Assembly: GCA_002501805.1 (NCBI GenBank)
Contig: DAOI01000008.1
Span: 31,420-95,419 of the forward strand
Direction: 5' to 3'
DNA length: 64,000 nt
Source of the DNA: Euryarchaeota archaeon UBA463
GTDB lineage: Archaea; Thermoplasmatota; Poseidoniia; Poseidoniales; Thalassarchaeaceae
Shown here: positions 17,813 through 27,800 of the stretch, in pieces
How positions within the stretch are numbered: position 1 is the stretch's first letter
Layout: each line of letters opens with the position of its first letter
The notes under the pieces: model-generated
The model's database searches: none
What the model was told of the DNA's origin: nothing
The model's input: the letters and a program-made list of their open reading frames with translations, nothing else
Program-made: the position numbers and the translations under genes

Positions 17813-19843
17813 TCAGAGATTCTGCTTACTTATCTTGTCTCTGAGAACCTGGCTTACTATCTTCCCGTCAGCAGAGCCTCCGAGCTTCTGCATCACCAAC
17901 CCCATTAGTGGCCCCACAGCTGACATCCCTCGCTCGGAGATGAAATCGGCTTTCTCGATCATAATTGCCTCCACAGCATCCTCGACCTCACTATTATTGG
18001 CAGGGATGAACCCCCGAGATGTAGCCTCAGATAGCATCCAATGAATCAAATCAGTGATTTTTCTCCTAGACGATTCTTCCACGAGGGGAAGAATGCCCTC
18101 CCTGGTTATTTGGCCTGTCTCCCTTAGGTGGACTGCCACAGAAAGTGCGGGGACGTTGGAAGTTCCGAATTCCAGTAGAGCGCTTGCCCAAGCCTTGGCT
18201 GGAAGGCCAAGATCTCCCTCTATTCCCTCGAATAGAATATCGTCTAATTCTCCGTTGAGAACGGATTCTGCTTGGTTATGAGATATATCCAGTTCGGACA
18301 GCCTCTGTAATCGCTCGTCTGAACTTGGAGGTAGGTTCGAACATATTGATTCCCATCTTTCGATAGAGATTTCTTGCAGGGGCACATCTGTCTCTGGATA
18401 CATTCTTGCACCCCCTGGAAGAGGCCTGAGTGCAGTGGTTGTTCCATCGTCTGGCTGGCCCTTCCTGACAACGACGTTTCTCACTTCTTGAGGGATTCTG
18501 TGATATGCCATTCTACATCTTTCTATGACAGATTCCAGAGCTAGCTTTGCTTGCCAGTGTGGGGCAACACAGAATGCGAAGGCGTCGCTCTCTGAAAGCT
18601 CCAACGATGTTCTTATTGTGATTACATCTTCTTCTGATATTCCATACGATGGCAGTTCGTCTGAATGGAAGATTCCAGCTACTCCTGCTAATTTTGCCGC
18701 GCTGGCGAGCTCCCTTCCTAGACGAGGTAGCTGAGCTCCTTGCTGATCTGGAGACTTTGTACCCAGCTTTCCTTTGAATCCTGGAAGCCTAACGGCAAGA
18801 GGAGTTGCTCCTTCAGAAAGAGCATTGCTGACCATCGAGGACTCACATGACAATAGTGATTCGGAAATATCATGGAACTCCATTGGAACTCTGGATTTGG
18901 CAGCCATTGCCACCCTATTTTCTATCGTTATCTCAGTATCTCTTCGATCAGGAGGAAGTGGGGGCAATTTTGCTTCATCTCTCAACTGATTTGTCAGTCT
19001 ATACATGTGTAGCTGTCTGGCCATCTCGATTCTTATTATTCTTGGAATCCACTCTAAATCCTGACATCCCTTGATCTCAACCCTGTCACCACAAGCGATA
19101 CTGACATTGAGGTCTTGCCTTATGGATCCCAAACCTCTTCTTACCCTTCTTGTATCCCTTAGTAGGGAGCCCAGTGCAATGGCAGATTCCTTTGCATGCT
19201 CGGGAGTGGTGATATCAGGGTCGGTGGCTATCTCCACTAGTGGAAGTCCTAGCCTATCCAGGGTATATGTCACTACTTCTCCGTCGGGGGTTGATTTGGT
19301 CTCGAGCTTTCTCGCAGAGTCCTCTTCTAAGCATATCACTGAAACACCTACTTCTCCGGTGTCTGTAAGCAATTGGCCATTCGTAGAGACTAGTGTGGTC
19401 CTCTGGAATCCGCTCGTGTTGGAACCATCGACTACTGTTTTCCTCATTGGCTGGAGGGCGGGCACGGGTTTTGCGTGTAGCATAGCAGACATTGTCAGCA
19501 CTACGTCTACGGCATCTTGATCATGAGGAAGGGGGGGGGCCTCATCCAACTCGATTAGTCCTGCATTTGGAGGTTGGACATACACGAAGGTTCTGTTTCT
19601 GCGTTGTTCGAACCTTGCCGCGATGTCTATCTTCCCTCCCTCTCCTTGAGATGCTCTGAGTCTCCTCTCAGAGTGGTTCCAGTCTTCTGGGATATCCTCG
19701 ATTCCGAACTCATACAGCTCACTGGGCATTCTAGAGTGTAGCTTTCCCGTAGCTAGTTGCTGGTGTATCTCGAGACCACACATGAAACCTAAGGAGTCTG
19801 GGTCCAAGGAAGCTGGATTTGAGACGTCTCCCAGTGGCTCCAT
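17813..19843 (-). CDS. gatE: Glutamyl-tRNA(Gln) amidotransferase subunit E
   Basis: The GLEIHQQL motif near the N-terminus (GatB/GatE family), a length above 600 aa with an AspRS-like insertion, and a C-terminal YqeY-like tail. GatE is archaea-specific. Confidence 0.85.
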   Translation of the reverse strand: MEPLGDVSNPASLDPDSLGFMCGLEIHQQLATGKLHSRMPSELYEFGIEDIPEDWNHSERRLRASQGEGGKIDIAARFEQRRNRTFVYVQPPNAGLIELDEAPPLPHDQDAVDVVLTMSAMLHAKPVPALQPMRKTVVDGSNTSGFQRTTLVSTNGQLLTDTGEVGVSVICLEEDSARKLETKSTPDGEVVTYTLDRLGLPLVEIATDPDITTPEHAKESAIALGSLLRDTRRVRRGLGSIRQDLNVSIACGDRVEIKGCQDLEWIPRIIRIEMARQLHMYRLTNQLRDEAKLPPLPPDRRDTEITIENRVAMAAKSRVPMEFHDISESLLSCESSMVSNALSEGATPLAVRLPGFKGKLGTKSPDQQGAQLPRLGRELASAAKLAGVAGIFHSDELPSYGISEEDVITIRTSLELSESDAFAFCVAPHWQAKLALESVIERCRMAYHRIPQEVRNVVVRKGQPDDGTTTALRPLPGGARMYPETDVPLQEISIERWESICSNLPPSSDERLQRLSELDISHNQAESVLNGELDDILFEGIEGDLGLPAKAWASALLEFGTSNVPALSVAVHLRETGQITREGILPLVEESSRRKITDLIHWMLSEATSRGFIPANNSEVEDAVEAIMIEKADFISERGMSAVGPLMGLVMQKLGGSADGKIVSQVLRDKISKQNL

Positions 19844-19873
19844 GGTCTAACGAGTAGGCTTTTACTCATAGGC

Positions 19874-22051
19874 TCAACGGACGAAAGAGTATGTTCCTCC
19901 ACGGGGAGAGAAAATTTCTCCACTGATACTCATAGAGGAAATTACTCCATCGACCTGTCCCTCGTTGATCCCCAGATCAGTAGCCCTGTTGTAAATCTCG
20001 TCAATGTCTGCAGTTCCTCCTCTCTCCATACAAATGCCTCTAATGATTTTCCTAACGTTCCTGTCGATATTCCTCTTTGAAGCGGAAACTCCAGAGTGAA
20101 TCTCTGACTCATCCTCGATATTTGAGTCCTCTCTCCAATGCTTGTAGACGGCCAAGGCCATCTTTGCATCGTTTTCATCTGCCGTGTGTTTTAGATGCAT
20201 TCTGGCATGTGCTTCGGTAAGTCGGATTAGTGCTTCGATAGCCCTAGCAGTAATCGGAATTGGCCTGTCCTTGTCCCCATCGCCCTCATACTCTCCTGGA
20301 GACCTGTCTAGCGCGGCAGTCTCATTCCTGACCTGAACATAGTAATCTGAAATCATCAACTTTGCCTTGTCATTTAACTGCGGGAAGAACGTTCTCTTGG
20401 CGTATGCCACATATTTTCTAAGGAAATCCATAGTTAGGTGCTTGTTTCCATCTACTCCGATACCAAATACCTCTCCTTCCTCTGTCTCAGAGGGCTCAAA
20501 GGGCAGGTCCTGTAGGCTCATTTCACTTGGTGATGAGCTTCTTATGTCGAGTATGTGCGTTGCTATTTTAGTGTCAGTAGACTTTTCAGTATCATCTCTG
20601 ATTAGCCATAGTAAGTCAAATCTTGATGCTAGTGGATAAGGCAAGTCGGTCTCTTTGAATGAAGTCATGATTGATGTCCTTTCATTCCTATTTGAGAATC
20701 TCCCGTCTTTCGGATTTGCCGCTGCGAGGACCGCGCACCTAGAGGGGAGGGTTGCTGTTATTCCTCCCTTTGCGACGAAAATCTTCTGTTGTTCCATCGC
20801 AGGGTGCATGGCGCTACGATCGTCTGGGGAGATTTTGTCAAACTCATCAATAGCTGCTAATCCTCTGTCTGAAAGAGGAAGAACCCCCGCCTCCAAGGCA
20901 AACCTGCCATCTCCGAAGGAGTCCCTGATTGCCGCCGCAGTTAAGCCGGCACCCGAAGTCCCTCCCCCAGAAGCAAACTTTCCCCTAGGAGAAATATTGG
21001 ACATGTATCCGAGAAGCTGAGACTTAGCAACACCAGGGTCTCCCATCAGTAGAATATGGATGTCACCCCTTAGATACGTATCATCAGCGGTTTTCCTCCT
21101 TACTCCTCCAAACAGCTGTAGTGCTAGAGATCTTTTGATTAGCTTGAGCTTGTCATTGGCGAATATTGACGGAGCTATAGATTTCTGCATGAGCGTCAAT
21201 AATTCACCCGATGCGGCAATCTCTTCGATTTGCTCTCTTTCCTCATCATTTATCTTAATCTCAGTGAAAGGAACACTCTCGTGTCTGGAGCTAATCATTT
21301 GGTATACGATATCGAACATTGGGGTCTTCTTGTTTCTCTTTATCTCGGACCTCACTACAGGAATCACATTTGCAGTTATTCTTTGCCCGGGAAGGTGCTT
21401 GTTGACTAAGTCGCCTTCCAGCAGTACATTGGCCCGGGAAGGTTGTGCCCCACTAGGTACATTCTCAGGTAGCTCCTGAATCTCCAGCCATTGGTTGTTT
21501 ATCATCCGAGAGCTATTCAATACTAGGTTGAATCTGGTCGAGTCGTTCCCTCTGATTGAACGTCCACATCCAGTGGCCTCAGGGCATCTCAACGGCTCAA
21601 TCAATTCGCTTTCATTGGTCTGATCTATTTGTTGGGAGTTACCACAGGACTCACACTCGAAGACAGCAACATGTATCCTAGGCTTCAATTGGGACATTTT
21701 TGTTACTATCACGTCTAAGCTCCTCAATTTGTCTATATCTCTTGATCCTATATCTCTGAGTGGGCTTAGGGTGTCTCTTGGAAGATCGGAAAGTATGACT
21801 CTTGCATCTAGATCTTCTCCCCTATCTCTACAAATTTCACTCAGTACCTTGTGTCCACTGGAGATTATACTACGGGGGTTGCTCAGGATATCCTCTGCGA
21901 AATCTGGATCGAATCCGGTTAACTCATGGAATGATACCTCGACGATGTGACTAGTAGTTTGCTTTGAAAGAAGGAGTGTGATCTCATGCTCCTTGGCCTC
22001 TGAGAGAAAGGTCTTCCATCTGGCAGCTGAATCATGAGTAGCCATCGTCAT
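19874..22051 (-). CDS. mcm: Minichromosome maintenance (MCM) replicative helicase
   Basis: Zn-finger CESCGN...CPEATGC, Walker A GDPGVAKSQLL, Walker B AAIDEFDK, arginine finger SRFDL. 725 aa with no intein. Confidence 0.95.
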   Translation of the reverse strand: MTMATHDSAARWKTFLSEAKEHEITLLLSKQTTSHIVEVSFHELTGFDPDFAEDILSNPRSIISSGHKVLSEICRDRGEDLDARVILSDLPRDTLSPLRDIGSRDIDKLRSLDVIVTKMSQLKPRIHVAVFECESCGNSQQIDQTNESELIEPLRCPEATGCGRSIRGNDSTRFNLVLNSSRMINNQWLEIQELPENVPSGAQPSRANVLLEGDLVNKHLPGQRITANVIPVVRSEIKRNKKTPMFDIVYQMISSRHESVPFTEIKINDEEREQIEEIAASGELLTLMQKSIAPSIFANDKLKLIKRSLALQLFGGVRRKTADDTYLRGDIHILLMGDPGVAKSQLLGYMSNISPRGKFASGGGTSGAGLTAAAIRDSFGDGRFALEAGVLPLSDRGLAAIDEFDKISPDDRSAMHPAMEQQKIFVAKGGITATLPSRCAVLAAANPKDGRFSNRNERTSIMTSFKETDLPYPLASRFDLLWLIRDDTEKSTDTKIATHILDIRSSSPSEMSLQDLPFEPSETEEGEVFGIGVDGNKHLTMDFLRKYVAYAKRTFFPQLNDKAKLMISDYYVQVRNETAALDRSPGEYEGDGDKDRPIPITARAIEALIRLTEAHARMHLKHTADENDAKMALAVYKHWREDSNIEDESEIHSGVSASKRNIDRNVRKIIRGICMERGGTADIDEIYNRATDLGINEGQVDGVISSMSISGEIFSPRGGTYSFVR

Positions 22052-22117
22052 CTTCTAACCTCCGGGCATATGAGACGGGAAGTCACGGTCTATAACCAAA
22101 ATGTATGGTGATGTTGA

Positions 22118-22188
22118 CCCCCTTTGTTCCAGTGGAGATTTTTTTCTTTTTTGAGGTGATTTTGAGGGATTTCGCTCTTCCACTGGAA
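22118..22188. other. ORB-like inverted repeat pair flanking a T-rich spacer (candidate replication origin or operator)
   Basis: A perfect 10-nt inverted repeat, ttccagtgga (22127-22136) and tccactggaa (22179-22188), separated by a 42-nt T-rich tract. The left copy read on the minus strand is CTCCACTGGAACAAAGGGGG, a dyad plus G-run. Confidence 0.4.
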
Positions 22189-22260
22189 TGATGATGGTTT
22201 TTTGCCGATTGTGAAAAGTTCCTTAGAGAAGTTGAAATCATTGCTTGTGATACGAGATAC

Positions 22261-22689
22261 ATGGAGTACACGCGTTCGGGCAGTGATGTCCTTGTACGGC
22301 TCGACCCAGGAGAGGAGATTCATGCCTCACTGAAGGCATTGGCGAATGACCTTGGATTTGACGCGGCTGCGATAACCAGTGGGATCGGGAGAACCCGTGA
22401 CAACCAGTATGGCTACATGGATGGGGAGGGTGTTTACCAAAGGAGGCCCTTGGACTCACCATCAGAGCTAGTGAGCTTGTCGGGTAATATCGCACGTACA
22501 GAAAATGGCGATCCTTTCACTCATATCCACTGTTGCTGGTCTGATGACGATAACAACGTTCATGCTGGTCATATGTTTCAATCGACAGTGCATGTTGTTG
22601 CAGAAATACATCTCAGAGTGATGGACAATGCGATTATGACTCGATGCCCTCTTGATGATCTTGAGCTACTTGGCTTAGAGTTTGGCTGA
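22261..22689 (+). CDS. PPC/DUF296 domain protein
   Basis: 142 aa. SDVLVRLDPGEEIHASLKALANDLGFDAAAITSGIG...ELVSLSGNIA...THIHCCWSD...GHMF...VVAEIHL follows the DUF296 (PCC) pattern. Confidence 0.7.
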   Translation: MEYTRSGSDVLVRLDPGEEIHASLKALANDLGFDAAAITSGIGRTRDNQYGYMDGEGVYQRRPLDSPSELVSLSGNIARTENGDPFTHIHCCWSDDDNNVHAGHMFQSTVHVVAEIHLRVMDNAIMTRCPLDDLELLGLEFG

Positions 22690-22707
22690 AAATATGGATC
22701 TGATGAA

Positions 22708-23307
22708 ATGAGGGTTTTGTTCGCTCATGGTTTCGAAGGGGGCCCATCAGGGTCCAAGCCCACGTACATGAGAGAAGTTCTTGGCTGGGAAGTTACCTCT
22801 CCAATAATGTCAGAGCTTGGCTGGGATATAGAAAGCCAGACCAAGGTCCTGCTCAGGTACATTGATGAGAATGATTTTGATTTGGTAATTGGTTCTTCTA
22901 TGGGGGGTTTAGCGGCTGCCAATGCCTCATCGATGCGGAGTGATTCTGATTTTCGATTGCTCCTGATTGCTCCTGCGTTCGGCCTATCGGACAGTTGGGA
23001 GGGATTATCTGAAGACGAGCTTGCCAGCTGGAAGGGTTCTGATGTGAGGACTTACAGGGGGTTCGAACTGGAGATTGATCTTGATTGGAATTTCATGGAA
23101 GCCGCTAAGAGGATGTCGTGGCCTGAAGTGGCTCATCATACCACTATTGTTCATGGTTCGAAAGACGATGTCGTCTCGTTATCTGTCTCGGAGACTGTCT
23201 CCAGTATCTCAGAAATAGTAGAGCTCGTGGTAATCGATGATGGCCACAGGATGAAGAAGTGCCTTCCAAAATTAGAGGGCTTAGCATCTGATCTAATGTC
23301 CCGTTGA
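22708..23307 (+). CDS. Alpha/beta-fold hydrolase (YqiA-like esterase)
   Basis: N-terminal VLFAHGFEGGPSGSK, nucleophile elbow GSSMGG, and C-terminal DDGH supplying the catalytic His. Confidence 0.65.
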   Translation: MRVLFAHGFEGGPSGSKPTYMREVLGWEVTSPIMSELGWDIESQTKVLLRYIDENDFDLVIGSSMGGLAAANASSMRSDSDFRLLLIAPAFGLSDSWEGLSEDELASWKGSDVRTYRGFELEIDLDWNFMEAAKRMSWPEVAHHTTIVHGSKDDVVSLSVSETVSSISEIVELVVIDDGHRMKKCLPKLEGLASDLMSR

Positions 23308-24045
23308 GCCGAGGAAGTATTCTCCTATTTCTGGATCTGTGAGAATCTCCTTCGCAACTCCTGTATGAACTATCTTACCGTTGGATACGATGTATCCTCT
23401 ATCTGATCTGGCCAGTGAGAGACGAGCGTTCTGCTCTACAATGAGGACTGTTATTCCCTGTTCCCTTAGTGAGTCTATTCTTTCGATGATTTGCTGTTGA
23501 TAGAGTGGTGAAAGCGCGGCGGTTGGCTCATCTAGGAGCAGGAACTTCGGGTCCGAGATCAGCGCTCTGGAGATAGCAAGCATTTGTCTCTCCCCTCCTG
23601 AGAGAGAGGCGGCTAAATCATGGACCCGGTTTCTTAGGTCTGGGAACATATCTAGTGCTCTTTCTATTCTCTCGCTCAATAGGGCACTTGAGAGGCTGTT
23701 GCCCCCCATCTGGAGGTTCTCCATAACAGAAAGCGAGGGGAAGACATTGTCCACTTGGGGGACGTATGCTATTCCTTGGTTGACTAATTGATCTGTTCTC
23801 CAACCAGATACCTCAGTACCGTTGTAAAAGACCTCCCCCGAGTAATATGTGGCAATTCCAAAAATCGTCTTTATCAGTGTTGATTTTCCACATCCGTTTG
23901 GACCAATGATGGTGACGAACTCCCCCTCCTCGACATAGAGATCAATTCCATAAAGAATCTGAACGGACCCGTACCCGCCTTCTAGGTTATTCACTTCCAG
24001 AACCCTGGTCATTCTATTCCTCCTCCGTCTTTCCAGCAGCGCCAA
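23293..24045 (-). CDS. livF: Branched-chain amino acid ABC transporter ATP-binding protein LivF-type
   Basis: LEVNNLEGGYGSVQILYGIDLYV..GEFVTIIGPNGCGKST, signature LSGGERQML, Walker B LLLDEP. Confidence 0.85.
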   Translation of the reverse strand: MALLERRRRNRMTRVLEVNNLEGGYGSVQILYGIDLYVEEGEFVTIIGPNGCGKSTLIKTIFGIATYYSGEVFYNGTEVSGWRTDQLVNQGIAYVPQVDNVFPSLSVMENLQMGGNSLSSALLSERIERALDMFPDLRNRVHDLAASLSGGERQMLAISRALISDPKFLLLDEPTAALSPLYQQQIIERIDSLREQGITVLIVEQNARLSLARSDRGYIVSNGKIVHTGVAKEILTDPEIGEYFLGSTGH

Positions 24046-24814
24046 GGTACGCCTCGATTACCTTTTGATTGGCTCTCACCTCATCTGGCGTTCCTTGCAT
24101 GAGCACCTCTCCTTCGTTCATCACGACAATTCTGTCGACTCCCTGTCTCAGTATGAAGTCCATATTGTGCTCGATGATAAGAATCGAGATTCCGGTTTCG
24201 TTTACGATATTTCTGAGATTGTTGAAAATCTTCATTGCTAGAGGCCCAGCTACCCCTGCTACTGGCTCATCTAGGAGTAGTAGCTTCGGACTCCCCATCA
24301 TTGACCTCCCGATATCGACCAGCTTTGACTGCCCTCCTGACAACTCACTGGCTAGGTTATGTGCCATGTGAGGGACTTCTAATTGATCGAGTGCATGATA
24401 TGCATCCATGAGCCTTTCTCGCTCGGATGGATTATTTCGGGACAAGATTGCTTTGAGGAATTCTTTTGCATTTGTTCCGAACTGCTTCCTAGGAGGAACC
24501 ATTAGGTTCTCTATTACAGTCATCTCCCTCCAGAGGTTTGTGTGCTGGAATGTTCTTGTCATTCCTCTGTTCTGAATCTGATCTGGCCTAAGTTCAGAGA
24601 TGTCCTCACCAAACATCTCAATCTTTCCGGACGTCTGTTCTAGTAGTCCGCTAATACAGTTGAATGTGGTCGACTTACCACATCCGTTTGGACCAATCAA
24701 CCCAACGAATTCGCCTTCACCCACCTCAAAAGAGACGTCCTTTACTGCAATCAGCCCTCCGAACTCCTTCCGAAGACTCTGTACTTTCAGAACTGGTTCA
24801 GTCACTTTATTCAC
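24014..24814 (-). CDS. livG: Branched-chain amino acid ABC transporter ATP-binding protein LivG-type
   Basis: LKVQSLRKEFGGLIAVKDVSFEV..GLIGPNGCGKSTTFNCISG, signature LSGGQSKLV, Walker B LLLDEP, and a LivG-type C-terminal extension. Confidence 0.85.
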   Translation of the reverse strand: MNKVTEPVLKVQSLRKEFGGLIAVKDVSFEVGEGEFVGLIGPNGCGKSTTFNCISGLLEQTSGKIEMFGEDISELRPDQIQNRGMTRTFQHTNLWREMTVIENLMVPPRKQFGTNAKEFLKAILSRNNPSERERLMDAYHALDQLEVPHMAHNLASELSGGQSKLVDIGRSMMGSPKLLLLDEPVAGVAGPLAMKIFNNLRNIVNETGISILIIEHNMDFILRQGVDRIVVMNEGEVLMQGTPDEVRANQKVIEAYLGAAGKTEEE

Positions 24815-27800
24815 CTCCGTCTGGTCTAGTAGGTCTGATCGGGACTTCTGGCAATAGGCCCTTGGAGTTGAACTTGAGTGAGAACAGCATCAGACACCCG
24901 ATTAGCATGAGCTTGATGTAAACCATGTCCGCACTAACTGCCCCTGCGAAGAACGACTCATTGATGGATCTCTCACCAAGAGCAAGTGCGGCGAAGAGGA
25001 ATACTGCGGCTCCTGAAAAACCAATATCGAAAAGGCTCTCTAATCTGGTAATGTAACCTACAAGTGCCGCTATGGCGAAGATAGTGGCTACATCCCATTG
25101 ATTTGTTATTATCCACTCGAATAGAGTGTCTATTCTGTCAGCGGTAACATGTAGAGGCAAGTCTGAAGAACCCTGAGCCGCTACCAAGACATTGAATACG
25201 AATTCCATCAGAACTATGATGAAGGCCCCGACAACCATTCCCCTGTTATTGGATGTGCCTCCAATGATGAAGGCCGCCCATACCAAAAATGTAGAACGCG
25301 CAGGGGACATGAAGCTCGCATCGAAACCTGTGAGCTTCCAGGCCCAGAGTGCTCCAGCAAGTGCAGCTATTGCGGCTCCTAGAGCGAGGCTGGCAGCCTT
25401 GTGAGTCAAGATGTCGTGGCCATGGTGCTGGGCAACCTCCTCATCCTCTCTGATAGCCTTGAGTACTCTTCCCCAAGGCGATGAGAGTAGTCTGGAGAGT
25501 AGTGTCCATACGATAATCACTGAGGCCACGGATAATAGCATTAGCATCATCATGTAAGGAGCCGGTTCGCCTAGGTTCAGTAGCTCACCTATGTAGTGGG
25601 CTGGAGTGCTGTCTAGCAAAATGTCATCCCTGCAGACGTCGGGACTAGCCCACTGTGTATCTGGGCCGGACTTCTCCGATCCACAGAACCACCAGTCCTC
25701 CAATGGTAGTGGATATCCTGATATCCCGATTGCAGAAGCAACCGGACCCGCTCTCAGAAGTGGTTCTCCAGCTAGGAGAACTCTTACAATCTCCCCAAGC
25801 GATATGGTCACTATGGCAAAGTAGTCTGTCCTCAATCTAGCAGTAGGATAGGCAAGTAGCCAACCGATGGCGGCGGATAGTAGCATAGCCACTATTGTGG
25901 CCTCCATGATACCCCAATCATATCCGAACACTCTTTCTGGAGCGGTTAGTATTGAGACTGTAATCGCCCCAATAGAGACGAAGAAAATGATTCCGAAGTT
26001 TACCATTCCGGTATACCCGGTATGTAAGTTTAGAGAAAAGGCCATCAAGATGAAGATAGAGAGTGTGAGTAGTACGTTCGATACCTGGAGGACTTTCTTG
26101 AACTCATAATTGTCCGATTCGGCTATTGGGAGCCAAACTAGGAACATAACTAAGATCGTTATGAGTATGTAGAACGAAATCCAGGACCCCAATGGACTCT
26201 GTCTTCCGTACATCTTGAGATTTGTCTTACGACTCTCTGGAATTTTGAGTATCTTCATTACTGGTTCAAGGAATCTGAGTGATAAATCGATAGCGTGGGA
26301 CTTCAACTCCCCTGGTTTGAAATAATTACTCAATCTCTCCCTTTGTCGTTTAACCATTCTTTCATGGTTCCTATCCAGCTCTGATAATTTTTGCCTAATA
26401 TCAGATATTGGAGAGGGGGTTGAGTCGAAGATGGATTTCCATTTGGAGAATAGTGGGAATGATATTTTCTCATTCTCCTTGCCATTCATTATCCTGATTC
26501 CTTCATACGCAGAGAATGCCCATAGTAATACTAATGCTAGTGGCCAAATCAAATCTCCTGCGTCGACAATAAAGTTGACGAGATCAATCTCGAATCTCAT
26601 TTGATTGAGCCAGGACTGTTGCATATCGGCCAGAGCGCCTGGAATCCATTGTTCGGCTTCGAAAGGCGTCATTCCACTGGGGGCGCTGGTCTGATCCAAC
26701 AGATGGGTCTCCGTCAGAGGACTATCTTCCAGTATTAGCTCTCCATCGTTCCTCCCGGTCAGAATTGCTAGATTGGTTTCGGCGAACTCGTTTTCCTGGC
26801 AGGACTCAGCACAAGAGCCATCGGCAAAGGAGTTCCTTTCAACAAAATTGCTGAATCTGTGAAATACGTATGAGGCCAAGGCGATTACAGAGAATGTTTG
26901 CATCCTGTGTGTTCTGCCCCTCCACCAGTGATGCAATCCGAAAATTCCAGTAGGGAGTAGTGCTAAGCCAGTGGCTATTTTGGCATCTGTTTCCGTATTG
27001 ACCTCCTTCTTATTGCGAAGTCTGTCAATCTTCCACTTCTCGTATGCGTCTCCGATCCCTTCGGGCATTATCATTAGTATTGCGACTAGGAAAATATAGG
27101 GCATGACACCATCCAAGGCAGAGTAGTTAGAACGTCCGAGTGGTGACCCTATGCCAATCAGTACAGGAGATGAGAGTGCTCGTACGAAGCCTACGATGAT
27201 AGAGCCCACGATGGCACCTGGAATGGATCCTATTGTCCCTAATACAATGATAGCGAATGACGGGAGGAGTAGGGTGAAAGCGGTCTCTGGACTGAATCTG
27301 AGTGTCATTGCGAATATCGCGCCACCCATTCCAGATATTCCAGCAGACAGGAAAGCGCTCGAAAGGTGAACCCTCTCAACGTTGATTCCGCTACTGGCGG
27401 CAAGCTCTGGATTATCGGCAACCGCCCTCATCCTCCTGCCAAGTCTTGTCTTGTTGAGTAGGAGCATCAGGAGGAGCACCGATGAGAAAATTACGAATGG
27501 GACTGCTCCCTTGTAATATGCGTAGTTGGTGGTAGCTTGTGTTACGCAGTCTGCAGTGGTATCATAGAGTTCATATGCTGGTTTTGAAGCTTCAGTCACT
27601 ATTCTGGATAATATAGGCTCGCCTGTTGTTTCGTCTACACCCGTCTGCTCGCAGGTCCACTGAGTATAGGTCCTGCCCTCATCTATCGACCTGTCTCCGA
27701 GATTGAGTCTGAGCTTGGTAGTGGGTATCTCCCACCTCAGATTTGGCATCCTCCAGTCTCCCTCTGGCTCGAACATGTTTCTTCCAGAGCCAAATCTTAG

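Noticed and set aside
19531-19539. A G9 homopolymer inside gatE, with similar G7-G8 runs at about 45542, 58441 and 59884, as possible frameshift or phase-variation sites.
   Set aside because: All host ORFs read through intact and encode sensible Pro/Gly residues. There is no evidence of slippage, so they are only potential sequencing-error hotspots.
22188-22260. A C/D-box sRNA-like signal (aatgatgatgg = RUGAUGA-like box) just right of the inverted repeat.
   Set aside because: I found no convincing D box (CUGA) or C'/D' boxes at the expected spacing, and no terminal stem. A C-box match alone is expected by chance.
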